DNA from: Daphnia carinata | Taxonomy: Eukaryota | NCBI RefSeq assembly: GCF_022539665.2 | Contig: NC_081331.1 | Location: forward strand, 6,758,001-6,822,000 | Length of the DNA stretch: 64,000 nt | Reading direction: 5' to 3' | In this document: positions 51,802-64,000 of the stretch, in pieces | Position numbering within the stretch: the first letter of the stretch is position 1 | How the letters are laid out: the number at the start of each line of letters is the position of its first letter | Notes under the pieces: generated by a model | What the model saw: the letters and a program-made list of their open reading frames with translations, nothing else | Databases searched by the model: none | What the model was told of the DNA's origin: nothing | Made by a program: the position numbers and the translations under genes

Positions 51802-51837
<36 letters not shown>

Positions 51838-52551
51838 CAAAAAAAAAAACGTGTAAAGAATTAAAAGGGCCGGTTTTCCAGCGTATTTCTCGAAAACTGG
51901 ATGACTGTCGGCGCTGTGTAAAAAAAAAAAAAGAAAACCCATTTCGTTAGCCGAGATTGTGCGTTAAAGGCTACACGTATATAGAGCGCTGAATTGTGCG
52001 TGTTATGCTCCGTACTGCTAATGACTCCATTTTTTTGTGTGTGTTAGTTTTATTATTTTTTGGGGCGATGCCCGTCCGCTTTTTTTCGCTGCGCTCTTCA
52101 ACAGTTCGTGGCCGCGAGAACAGTTTTTGACGTATGAAACGAAAGGTTTCTCATTAAACGTATAGCCAAAATGGTTTTCGCGAGAATAATGGACGGACTA
52201 GCTTATAATTCTACACACCATTTAAGGATGACGTTCAAAAAAGAAAAAATATATTTTTTTTTTTAAAAGAAAATCGTTTTGAATGATTCAAATTTTTTTA
52301 AAGTGGCTTGATTTATCGTCACGGTATACGTACTCTGAATAAATGGATTCCTTTCCGTGTGTGGCCTAATGTTGTTTTGAAAAACTCCAGCCAATTCCTT
52401 TGCGTTTTGTGAGTTTTATTAACGATTCTTTCTTTTTTTTTTTTTTTTCCCAATTTAAGTCACACACAGAAAATTGTCTTTTTATACTTTGCACTGCGGA
52501 AAGCAATTAAAAACTAGAAATAAAAAAAAAAATAACCGGAATGGAACAGAC

Positions 52552-52582
<31 letters not shown>

Positions 52583-53460
52583 TTGGCACGGTTGAGTTGG
52601 CCCTAATTGGTTCGCGTATTTGGTTTCCTGTCTTCTCGTTGGCCGTGAAACCACGCACCACTCTAGATCATTAAAGCGCTCCGTATTAATATGCCGTTTG
52701 CGGTTCGAGTTCCACGCATAAAGCCATAGCTCTAAAATAAAAACAACAATAAACAATATATTCATATTCAACCCAAAATGACGTGCCTATAAGACTCTCT
52801 TTTTCTCTCATTTCGGAGAATCTCTTTTCCTTTCTTTTCTTTTCCTTTTTTTTAACATCTCCTGTTACAATCGAACCGGGCGTGATTCTAGTGAAAGATA
52901 TCGAGCACGAGTTTTTATTTTCTTTTTTTTTTTTTTTTTTTTTTTATAAATATCTAGAGCGAGAGGAACGTTTGGAATGATAAAAAGAAATAAGCCCGAC
53001 CGGCAATTTGTGAGGGCTCTCTGTCTTCGTTGCTGTGTGAGTTTAATAATCATCACACGCAAAGACGTTCGTCGGGAAGAACTGAAAGAAAATGAGGAGA
53101 AGAAGAAGAAAAAAAAAAAAAGGGAGATAGAGAAATGGTTGATGAGTGATCAAGGAATTTTTCCATTATGTGAATAAGCGGGAGAGCGCGGTGTTTTTTT
53201 GTTGTTGTTGTTGTTGTGTTGCCTTTTTGTCAGCGCCATGATATATATACGTATGTGTGTGTGTGTGTGTACACCAGCACACAAACTGAAGCCGCCATCA
53301 ACTAAGATTGTCCGTAGAAGAGTTTTTATTATTACGTGGCGTATCTAAAAGGTATAAGACAGAAAGGAGAAAAAAAAAAAAAAAAAAAAAAGGACGAGGT
53401 GCGGCGATGAAAAGTCGATTGGGACTCGACTTTTGACACGCCCATCGTGTGATGCGCTAT

Positions 53461-53492
<32 letters not shown>

Positions 53493-56400
53493 AAAAAAAA
53501 GAGACACACGAAAGAACTCGCCACCTTCCCAATCAAATCGTTAGGTATATAACAAAACGTATTAAAAAAAAACAAAAACAAAGAAGAATATTTAAAAAAA
53601 AAAAAGTGTTGTGTTTTTTTTTGTTTTTTTTTTTTCGCCAGCGTTTTGCATGAATAATATGATTTGGAATAATATCAAAGACAGTCCAAAAAAAAAAAAA
53701 AAAAGGAATTTATTCGCCATTGTATTCGGGTATTTTATTTTTTTTTTTTCTCCTTTTCTCTGCGATAACTTGTTTCCACTGCCTGCAGCGGGAGCTGTTT
53801 CTATTCAACTTCTTAGTTGTTTTGTATTTTTTTTTTTTTTTTTTTTCACGCAACCGCCGCCTGTATTGATCGATGCAAAAAGGCCAAAAGGGTAGGAACG
53901 TTTTCCCTGCTGTTGCAGATTTTTATTTTATTTTAATTTTTTTTTTTTTTTTCGGCAAAGTTCCATGAAGACACATCGACTCGTTTTGCATATTAGTACC
54001 GTCGCCGCCACAACCACCGTCGTCGTCCAATCTTTTTTTTTTTTTTTTCGTTAACCAGAAGTTGCAACGAGGGGGAAGAACCTTTCAGGAAAAAAAAAAA
54101 AAATGCTGGTGTGTGTGGGTTTCTAGTCACGCTAATCAAAGCGCCTCTCTTTTCTCTTTTTTAATAATAAAGAACGAAAAAAAAAGAAGAAAAAAAGAAA
54201 AAGCTCATTTGCCGGACTTGCAGGAACCTCCCAACTCACTCCCTCCTGGTTCTTAAAAAGCCCACACACGCTCTCTCTCTCTCGCTCAAAGTCTTCCTTC
54301 TTCAAGTATAACCTATATACATAACACACATGTTAACAGAGGATCCATCACCAACTGGGCTGGCCGCAGCGCAAGTATCGATAGCTCCAACCCTCAAGGC
54401 ATCGGCCTCCTTATTAATATTGGAGGGGGATTGTGTTTTCCTTTACTGTTTCTACACCTGGTTACCTTGTAAGACAGGATTACAATTTTTTTTTTTTGTT
54501 TTTTTATTATTTTTATTTATTTTTTTGAGTTATTATTCTTTCCCTTCAATTTCGCGTTGTTGTTGTTGTTGTTCTCCGGCTCATTATGTCCCTGTTTCAT
54601 TTATGCAATCAAAAATTCGACGGTACCCCCAGCGAAAATCTCTAGAGTGTGTAACATGTACATGCAAATACTGATAAAAAATAGGCCACATAACTTTCAA
54701 AGTCTACTGCTATGTAATCTAGGAGGGCAGCCGTAAGCAATGACGCACAATGTTCCTCTTGATGACATCGGCATTTCGAAATAAAATATTTAAAAAAAAA
54801 CGAAAAGAAAAGAAAAAGCTAAAGCAAATGTGATTCCTCAGGCTGTTGGGTAGAAGTCAAGAGGGGCCGGCATTTTCGGTTTATAATACAGAGTACGAAC
54901 CTACCACTCTAGAAAAAAAGAAAAAAAAAAAAAAAAAAAGAGTCTTGCTATTGATGGATTGGCAAGAGAGCGGCGGCGGTACGTACTGTCGTTGGTGTAT
55001 CAGGTTGCCCAAAACCCGAAAAGAGAGAGAGAGAGAGAGCCAAAAGAAGAGGAATGGTCGTTCTAAAGTGTCGGAAAGACCACAGCTCTCAATTTTTTTT
55101 TTTGTTTCTTTTTCCAAACTGTCAAAGTGACCGCTCGTCCACGCCGGATAAGTTTTCCTCTTAGTTTTATTTCTCATTTCCAAAAAAAAAAAAAAAAAAA
55201 AAAAAAATAATAAATGCTCTGTACGTATATCTGCATAATGTACGTGCATGGAGTGTCGTACACTTTGCGAGTTTGCATGTACCGATCTATTAGGAAAAGA
55301 GCGGCACCATGCGCTCTATATGTGCGAGCGCATGTATTTGGGAAAGAAAGGAAAACAGGGTCCCGTGAACAGGGCGGCGCACTTTGAGAGCAAGTCATCC
55401 GAAACTCCGGTTCCGTGCTCCCTGCGCTGTTTAAGAGCGTCCGCTGCCGCTGCCGCCGTCGACGCTCTGCTTTGATTTCAGTCACCCCTCTCTTTTTTTT
55501 TTTATTTCCTAACGAAGCAAAAAGAAACAAAAAATGAAAAGGCTGTGTGTGTACATGTCAACTACTTCTCCAATTTCGCCTCGAAGAGGTCAAATATCGG
55601 AGTTTTCTTATAATCTTTGAGCAGATCTCTTGTTCCTAAAGGGTCTCTTCTGTGCTTCTCTCCGGGCAGCTCTCTTACCACTTGTATGGAGCGAAGAGAA
55701 ATAATAATAATAATAAATCGGTTTGCTAGTCATTGTTTTTAGACATTGGTCGATCTAGCCTGATTTTTGTTTTGTTCCCTTCTCTCCTCTATTTTTCAGC
55801 GACGTGTGAAGTCCTCCTCTTTTTTGTCCTGAGCCACTTTCTATTTTTTGTTTTCTTTAATTTTTTTTCCTTCTATATGTCTGCTCTCTCTCTCTCTCTC
55901 TCTACTTCGAGTCCGGAAGGCTCTCTGCACTCCGGGCGCGATCACTTGACGAAGATTGACACTTACGAGTCGCCATGTTCTTTTTGGCTGGAGTCGATGG
56001 TTATGTGGACCACTGACGTTTTCGCTCTACCAGTTTTTCTGCTTCACAAATTTTTTTCCACGGGAATTGTTCTCCACGAATTGATTTTTTTTTTTTTTTG
56101 TTTCTTTTTACGAATGCGATTGCTTTGAAATCGCGCTAACTAACGATTGTTTACATCCTTTTCTCTGTTGGAGCCTTCGGACAGGTCGAAATGCGGATTG
56201 ATTCGCCCTCAACGTCTCCCCTCTTCGATCTAAAATTTGAGATAAGGAAGACGAAAAGCACGAACTGTTTGGTCTAACAACAAGTTTTTATTGCTGTTTT
56301 TATTTTAATTCTCATATATATATATATATATATAAAAGCGACGTTTTGGAAGAAAAAAAAAAACAACAACAAAACATCGATTCGTGTTGTGTTTCGTGAG

Positions 56401-57222
56401 CCGATGACGTTGATGTCGATGACGCGACTAGCGACGACGTCCGCCTCCTTGATCCATCATTACGGCAGCAATATCTTTCTTCGACTATCGTTAATCTCGC
56501 AAGATTTTTTTTTTTTTTTTTTTTTTTTTTGTTCCCCCCTTCTTTCGATTTTCTCCTCCTCTTCATCAATTTCTATTCATTATTCATCAAACGGGGCTAT
56601 ATGCCAAGAAAGGCGGAGAAGAAAACAAAAATAAAATAAGAAAAGCAACTTAAAGTAAATGAGTCTCTGCCAGTTTCATGTTGGTGTTTCGCTCCTCGTC
56701 AAGGATCCTCAAACGTATTGTATAAAGTTTAGCCTACCGTTGTTTTAAACTATTTTGAATTCAAGCGGTGGTTGGTGGCTTTATAGTCTAACGCAAAAAA
56801 GAAACAAAACAAAAAAAGGGGGGCGAGAGAAAAAGGGGGAGTCGCCCTCAATTGAAAAGATGGAAACTCTCACCTGAAAGCTCATCACCTGTAGCAGTTT
56901 TTTTTTTCTTGAAAACACGGGCGGAATAAAAGAGAAAAGAATAGAACAAGAAAGGGCAGCAAGCGCGCAAACACACACACAGACATGCGCGCAGACTCTA
57001 TATAGAAAGAAAATCACAAGGGTGGCGAGAAACGAGAAGCCACAAGATACAAGGAGGAAGATGAACGAGGCTTGTCATTAGGTATGCACCGGCGGCGGCA
57101 TCATCCTCCTCAACACCGGCGCACTGCCGGACTTGCGTAATAACAATAATAATGTTAATAACATATATAGCGCCCGGTTTGAACACAAGAGGAAACCACC
57201 GTATAAAGAAAGAGACAGGCAC

Positions 57223-57228
<6 letters not shown>

Positions 57229-57258
<30 letters not shown>
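57229..57258. repeat. (GA)n microsatellite
   Basis: Uninterrupted agagag run. Confidence 0.9.
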
Positions 57259-57262
<4 letters not shown>

Positions 57263-58693
57263 AAGGTTACACCCCAGCATCCGCGAGATCTCATTTGTTC
57301 CAGCGCTCAAATAGGCCAACCAGCAGCACTTGTTTCGATGCTGAATGTTTTACACGTAAGCCTTTTTTTTTTTTAATGTAGGGAAAGATGAGATGCGATG
57401 CACCGTTCAAAAGCATTCAGTCTCGCTAGATAATACAGCACTGAGCGCTTCCCTTAATTAAAAAGGCAAATTGACAATCAAGAGGTTGATGATATCAATC
57501 AGTTTTCTTTTTTAGTTGAACGTCTAGCAACTGGGAGGGATTCGATTTAAAGGCCACCGTAAACCGATGTAGGAAACAAAAAGATCTAAACACTGTGTGT
57601 AGTCAATTCTTTTTTCATTTTTTTTTTTTTTTTTTTTGTATTTCGTTTTATTTTTCACGTCGGCCAAGAAAACACAGACAAGACCACACGTGCTGTAATT
57701 ATGCACGTACACCGCGGCGCGTCTATATGAACGCAGTACATAAATAAATATCCAGGCAAATTGCGCCGTCGGCTCATTCTGGGGCGCTAGACTGTAGACA
57801 ATTCAAACTCGCACAGCGCCAGCCCAGAAGGCAATTATACACCGAGAAGTGATGATAACAAGTCGTTAAAAAGAAAATAAGAACAGAAATATATATACCG
57901 TATTATGAATAAAAATAGGAGCGAACGAACCAGAAAGAGAATAAGAAGAACGTGAAGGCACTTCACTCGAACAGTATATAGAGAACACTCTTTATATATA
58001 TATATATATATATATATATTTCTTTTTCTCGCGGGTGGCCCTCTACTTTTTCCTTCCTCTCGCCCAACACCGACGTTTGTTGTTGCGGCGCGCCGACTGG
58101 CGGAAACATTAATTTCGATCATTTATCTGAAAAAAAAAAAAAAAAAAAGGGAAGAAAAAAAATATAAAAAATGGTGTTGGAAATGCACCGAAAAAAAAAA
58201 AATATCGAATGGTGGAAAGGGGGGATGAAAAAACAAAAGTAACACAAGCCGCTCATTTGTTATTTCATTGTTGAACATAGTTTATTTTATTTTTTTTTCG
58301 TGCTTATTTATCCTTTTTTTTTTGTTTTAAATTTGTCGATACATTTAGTGTGATATTCCATTTGAAAATCGGACGAAATTCTAATGAATCCGGCTAATTG
58401 GCAATATACTGTACATTGTAAGTTACTATATCGATTAGCTAATCGAAAAGTGAGAGGATAAAAAAATAAAACGAGAAAATACTGTTGCGATACAAGCACT
58501 GCATATATATAGACACGGACAACAAAAAAAAAATAGGGGTGATTTCCATTCAAAATATATAGGACGTGAGGTCGTGCATGGCCAGCCTTTTTGTATGTAC
58601 AGTTTGACGTATCGTGGAACAAACGCGCGCTTTTATGTACAATCTTGAATAGATTCAAAACGATCATTTTTATTTTTTTTTTTTTGCTTCTCT

Positions 58694-61600
58694 TCATTTA
58701 GGAGATGACGATGGAACGGCCATGGCCACGCTACGTGGCGACGGAGTGCGGAGCTGACCCTTGGCACCGTTCAAAGGGTACGGAGAATAGCGATGGTGTT
58801 GCTGCTGCTGTTGGTGGCTGAATCCGTTCGGACTGGTGGAAGATGTCGACGATGGAGGCGGTGATCCAGCGCAAGATTCGGTTCCAGCGCCAGCCGAAAC
58901 GGGGAATCCACCGGCTAGGCCGGATAGCAGACCGAGTTGATGATTGAGTCCGTAAAATTGAGACCAGAAGTGCGGCGGCGGGATCATCCCGTTGGCCGCT
59001 GCCGCGGCTCCGCGCGAGTACAACTGTGACATTGCGGCCGCCGTGGCCACTGCGGCTGATGGATTCATGAACTGTTGATACGACGATTCCAAAGGGTTCC
59101 TCATGCGCTGCTGTTGCTGTTGGACCGGATGCTGCTGCGGCTGGCCGTTCCAGAAAGCCGACGGCGGGAGACCGAGCGCGCTCCGGGCCTTCTCTGTGAG
59201 CATGGCGGCAGCAGTAGCCGCTGAGGCCGGATCCATTTCCGACGCATCGGGAAAGAGCCGTAAGGGATTGCTGCGCATGTACTGCTGGTGATGCTCGGCC
59301 ATGATTCCTTCCATCGAATCCCGACTAGTTAAAAAACAAATCAGAAATGATTAGACATCTGGTAAAATGATTGAAAAAAAAAAAGGAAACGTTTGTTCAA
59401 ATGAATTTACAATGCTATTAAGGCCTACACGAAGTAAACTGAGTAGATTCCGTGTTTCGAAAGATAACAGGCAAGCGTTTAATGTAAAGAAGAAATTCCC
59501 GTAAGGGCTCACTGCGTTCGACTAATAAAAGCGCAAAGCTTCTTCATTCAAAAGCTATAGCCGTTTAACCTTAATTACTGTTTTCTATGCAAATAATTAT
59601 CATCTCCATTATTCGGAGAGGGGGATAAAAAATAAAAAAAAAAGACGCTCTTTTTCGTCGCTTATTACAAGCACTAATGTTCAAACAGCCGCTGAATAAT
59701 TCAGCGACTAGCGTTCATATATATATATTTTTTTTCCCCGAAATAAAAATATTACTTCTCGTTTTTCCTCACTATAGACAACACAACTCGTGATGGTTTT
59801 GATTACCTGGCTCTCTTTTTTTAAAGACACACACATACAAAAAAAAAATAAAATAAAATAAGAAACAGGGGCGAGAATGAGAAAAAGAGAAAAGGGAGGT
59901 GAGATTGGTGGTGGTGAGAGAGAGGTGCCCGAGGCCTAATTGCTTGGCTCCGTGTTGGCGGCGGCGGCGGCAGCGGCGGCGACCGCGTCATCATCATCGC
60001 ACGCACACAGCCCTATACGCCAGCTCACAGTCTCATTTGCCTTTTTTCTTTTCTTTTTCTTTTTTTTTTTTTTTTGTGAAAATAGCAAAATGAGTGAGAA
60101 AAAGGTGCCTGCTCATTGTTGTGTAATCGTTTTGTACAGGTAATATGCCTGCAGCAGGCACCACTTTAGTTGTTCCGTAATGGACTCTGATGTTCATTTC
60201 TCGGCAAGCGATGCGGCTTAAAAGCCACACAGCCGACCCCCTAGTTTTTACCTTCCCCAACTAACAGTCCTTTTAGGCCTACTAGTCAAGGAAGTACCTG
60301 TTCCTCTTTTGCCGCTTCAGAGCCTCTTCCCGTCGGTGTCATAAAATCACAAATTGAATGCCTGTGGCTATCCCTTTTTCTTTTTTTCTTTTAAATAATA
60401 TGAGAAATCTCATCAAACCTATTTGCGTGCTCGATGCCTTACGCTTAACTTATTTGTAACGTGTCAACATTTTTTTTTTTGTGTGTGTCCGTTATTTATG
60501 AAACTCACCTTTCGAAATCGCTGAGCCGAGAAGAGTCGCGGAAGCCTTTGGCGAACGGGTTGCTGTCGATCTTCAGTTTTGTTATCTGTATCAATTCAGA
60601 ATAAATAAAAAAAAAAAAAATAGAAGAAACAAAAAATTAGTATACTGGTTTTTTTTGTTTTTTTTTTTCTCTTGCTCTATTCGTTGCTTTAATGTTCTGT
60701 CACTTTAAGTCATTGCCACTCAACTATAGTTGAAAGGCAAAGAAACAAAAAACTTTAAAAAAATATAAACCGGTCTGGAAGGGTTCACACTTACCAGCTG
60801 GTTTTGGTAGGCCGTGACAGCGGTGAAGACCGTCTCCGGGAAAACGTAGGTGCGGAACTGTTCGCGTTCCAAATCGACGATGGGTCGGCTCGTATCGCCT
60901 TCCATACGGCGGACAATGTGAACTCGGGGCTGGTAACGGTGCATCGAGTTCAAGACGATCTGTTTTTGAAAAAAATAAATAAATAATAAATAATCATAAT
61001 AAAATACATGCATGATAAGAGCCTTATATACAATGAACCCACGATAGATGGCTTACTAACAACTACAAACGATAGAATTTTTTTTTTTTTTGCGGTCGAT
61101 TCAATTTGTGACGAGAAAATGGCCGAGATTTTAAAACGACATAAGAGAATGAAAGGAGACATATGGTCGATTTGATAAACGAGTCCGCTGTTGTGGTAAA
61201 AAAAAAGCCATACCGAAATAAAAAAAAAAAGAGTTGCCGGTATTACAAGGATGACCATTATGGTTAATTGAAAAAAAAAAAAAAACAGTGCGGCCGCTGT
61301 TGTTTCTCGGCGTTTACATTCGCCTGCTGTCTGCCTTTTTTTTTTCCTAAGGGAGTCGTCGCACAGGATTGAAAGCACGAGCCTTTCAACTAATCCCGTC
61401 GTATCGGTAGGCCTTCGCACGAGCCGGTCGTGTCTCCGTCTATCTGTTGGCGTGATCAGGACGCGTTAGATGAGTGCCTGCCTTGATTGGGGGGGGGGGG
61501 GGGGATTTAGCCGCCGACACGACAAAAGCTCATCAACAATCAAACATCTGGACCCCTTTAGAAAAAAAAAAAAGTTCTCGTCTACTTCTGAAAACAGCAA

Positions 61601-63757
61601 TCGAACACACTCGCATTGTCTGCTCATTCGAGCTGCAGGCTCAGTTTCTAATTAATTAACAAAGATTTTGTTTTTGTTTTTTTCTTCTCCTGTGTGTGAA
61701 AAGAGCGCGCATTTACATATCGGCTTTGCTAATGGGTTGGCAACAAATTGCAACTCCGCCAGCGGAAATGTAATCCCATGTACTTTCTACGAAAACACAC
61801 GGAAATCTTCGTTCCTGTTCTGTGTGGTCTTTGCACTAACGAGCGTCTGACCTCTTCGATTTTCCCAGTCAACTTAACGGACCTCCAAAGTTGAGAAGCG
61901 AACAAAAAATTAATGTCGTTCTGTTTCTCTTTTGGCAGCGAAACACTTGCAAAAGAAAAGGAGGGGGGGGGGGGGGGAGGATGCAAAGCGTAACGAACAG
62001 TAGTAAATGCGGATGGCACTCAGATGGATGTAACAAAAGTTATGGGGTGGTATATGGGTGGGCTGATGGGTTATTCATAGTGACGGGCAGAGGGATTTAG
62101 AAGAAAACTTGAAATGTGAAACCTTCAGCAGCTTCAGAAGACTCTTAGTTATAGATGGTTGGATACAAGACGGATGCAAACACATGGCATCCGTATAAAG
62201 TCAGCCAAAGTTGGTACATGAAGTGAACACCCAACTTGTCTTTGATTTCCAACTCTCACCGACGGCAGCTCTCCTTTCCAATTTGCCTAAAGTCTCTATA
62301 CTGGGACCGTTCGATTTAAATTCAGCTCGCAAGTGTTGACCTCTTTTTTCTTTTTCGAGAAACTAATTTGATTAACCCCCTGCGTCTGTCACGTACGCCA
62401 TCCAAAAAGAAAAGAAAAAAAAAAAAACAATCCAGCCGTTTGAAATCAAAGTTTGGACCGTTCCTTAACGCGGGTGTCCGTAACGTGAAAAGGGAAGAGT
62501 TTCTAACCGTACGGCTGGCGTACGTGTTGGGTGCGCTTGTAATTAGTGGCAGAAAAGGCTGGATGATTACAGTCTACAAGTGCCAATTGAAGTAGCGCCA
62601 AGGATGAATCGAAAACCTGCTCGAATTTGCTTACCTGTCCTTGTTTGTCCATTTCGTTATTGGTCAACTTGACTTTCTCGAAGGAGATGACTTGCTTGCG
62701 AAGCTGGTCGGGTGTGAACGGCGAGTCCGGGTGGGTGTAGAGACGTGCCGGAGCCGGCGGATCGGCTTTGCCGGCCACCAGCCACGATGATCGATGGTAG
62801 GCGTATCGGTAGCGCTTGCTGTCCACCGGCACAACGTCCAACATGACGAAATAGCGCACTCGATTGGCTCCGTTGTTGCTCACGTCACGGTGATCACCGA
62901 ACAGCGAACCGGAGAAAGTAATGCGCACAGTTGGGAACATGCGTCTAAAAAACGTTTAACAAATTGCTTGTTAAAAATACAGTTTTTTTTTTTTTTTTTT
63001 TTAAATTTATTTGAGTCTTCGATGAACTGACCTGCCGGTTTTCGTGATGATCATTTCGGTGCCCAACTCGTGGAACTTGTCCCACAACTCTTTGGTTTCC
63101 AGTTGGCAGTCCACACCCATGAGCTCGTCGCAATTGCAGCGCGGCTTAATCAAATGATTTACCGGCTCCGAGCGACTTTTCTTCTTGCCATTTGAGCGAA
63201 CGGGACCCGATTTGCTCTTGTTTCCGCTGCTGCTCTTGCTCTTGTTGTCTTCCTCATCTTCCTCCTCGTCGGCTTCCTGCTCGTCTTCGCAAGACAGAGC
63301 CGACGGTGACGAAGCCGAGACGTTCTCAGCATCAGAGAATTCTTCGACATCCACATCCTTCTCGATGTCCACGTCGGACTCTTCCGATTTGCATATCTGT
63401 GTCGTCTCTTGTTTAGGCAGCACGGTCTTTGTCAACACCGGATCTGCTGACACCACAAGTTTTTTTGTTTTCGTTAACTCGTTTTGCCCACCAACCAACA
63501 CCAAAACACAAATGAAATGAAAACTTACCGAAATGGAAAATTGGTTTGCTGTTGGCCGATTCGGGTGATGACGGTTTCACGTAGAATTCGTGATGCGATG
63601 TCGGTTTGCTGTTGCTGCTGCTGCTGCCAATGATGGCCGCAATCGAGAAATCTGTGGCTTTGATGGCCCGAATTGCCGAAGCTGGCGGGGCGGCCGCAAT
63701 GTGTTGGTGGAGGCTGATGCGGCAGGTCTCGTCTTCCATTGTTCCGGCAGGCAACAT
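58694..63757 (-). CDS. TBX20: T-box transcription factor, Tbx20 subfamily (H15/midline-like), ~608 aa
   Basis: Exons 63757-63529, 63446-63032, 62944-62635, 60959-60795, 60585-60509, 59324-58694 (1827 nt, phases consistent). T-box [28 protein letters not shown]...[20 protein letters not shown]...[10 protein letters not shown]...[31 protein letters not shown] is Tbx20-diagnostic; N-terminal eh1 motif TDFSIAAII; Ala/Gln-rich C-terminus with RYSPY. Start could instead be the ATG at 63739. Confidence 0.96.
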
Positions 63758-64000
63758 TTGTCTCACTTGAAAAACGGCTTTCAAAAAATGTTCGAAATAT
63801 CGCAAGAAGTTCACACGTTGTTCGTCACTTTTTTTTCGTCTTTGATAGTAGTTCAATGAGTCTCAGGTAGTTTGATCAACTTGAAAACGGTGGTGAGCAA
63901 GGAGCACTGCCTTCTGCGCTCGAGTCGAGTAGGCGATCAACTGAAGCTGTTGGAGACTTGGGGCCCGCATTTTGGTGTTTAGCTGGCTGCTGCCTCGCCG

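Noticed and set aside
25382..58697. Over a hundred 60-180 aa ORFs in the ORF track across the desert
   Set aside because: They are poly-Phe/Lys or CV/ER translations of homopolymers and microsatellites, many with non-ATG starts, with no recognisable domains or coherent exon chains.
31940..62460. Scattered TCF-like (ATCAAAG/CTTTGAT) and T-box half-sites (AGGTGTCA)
   Set aside because: Short motifs expected by chance in AT-rich DNA; no clear clustering without conservation data.
63758..63856. N-terminal extension of the Tbx20 exon-1 ORF
   Set aside because: It begins at a non-ATG codon; the first in-frame ATG is 63757, so this is probably 5'UTR.
1..64000. tRNA, rRNA, CRISPR arrays, transposase or reverse-transcriptase ORFs
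   Set aside because: None recognised by eye; the only regular longer repeat array is the coding 24-bp minisatellite, which has no unique spacers. tRNAscan-SE and Infernal would be needed to exclude small RNAs.

Overview
Eukaryotic, AT-rich genomic DNA with many short (mostly about 60-210 nt) introns and long homopolymer/microsatellite tracts. Gene style and content suggest an arthropod, probably a Daphnia-like crustacean (inference, not proven). The window has three zones. (1) 1-7 kb: last intron, final exon and 3' region of an RZ-family RGS gene (RGS17/19/20-like). (2) 7-25 kb: a gene-dense block with the Rieske Fe-S protein (UQCRFS1), a 601-aa low-complexity secreted protein with 8-aa repeats, a 94-aa secreted orphan, three paralogous small Gly/Tyr-rich secreted proteins, a TFPT (INO80F)-like gene, a stefin-type cystatin with a GC-AG intron, and BIN3, followed by a foldback-like element. 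(3) 25-64 kb: a ~33-kb gene desert lying 3' of a complete six-exon Tbx20/H15/midline T-box gene on the minus strand. The most notable items are largely missed by the ORF track: the micro-exon-built Gly/Tyr secreted family (core G[ST]GY[DN]xxIYGxYxGH[PA]G, a promoter motif shared by two copies, one copy with an extra intron) and a 35-aa transmembrane micro-ORF just downstream of UQCRFS1. All exon structures were assembled by eye from splice signals and reading-frame continuity; no database searches were run.
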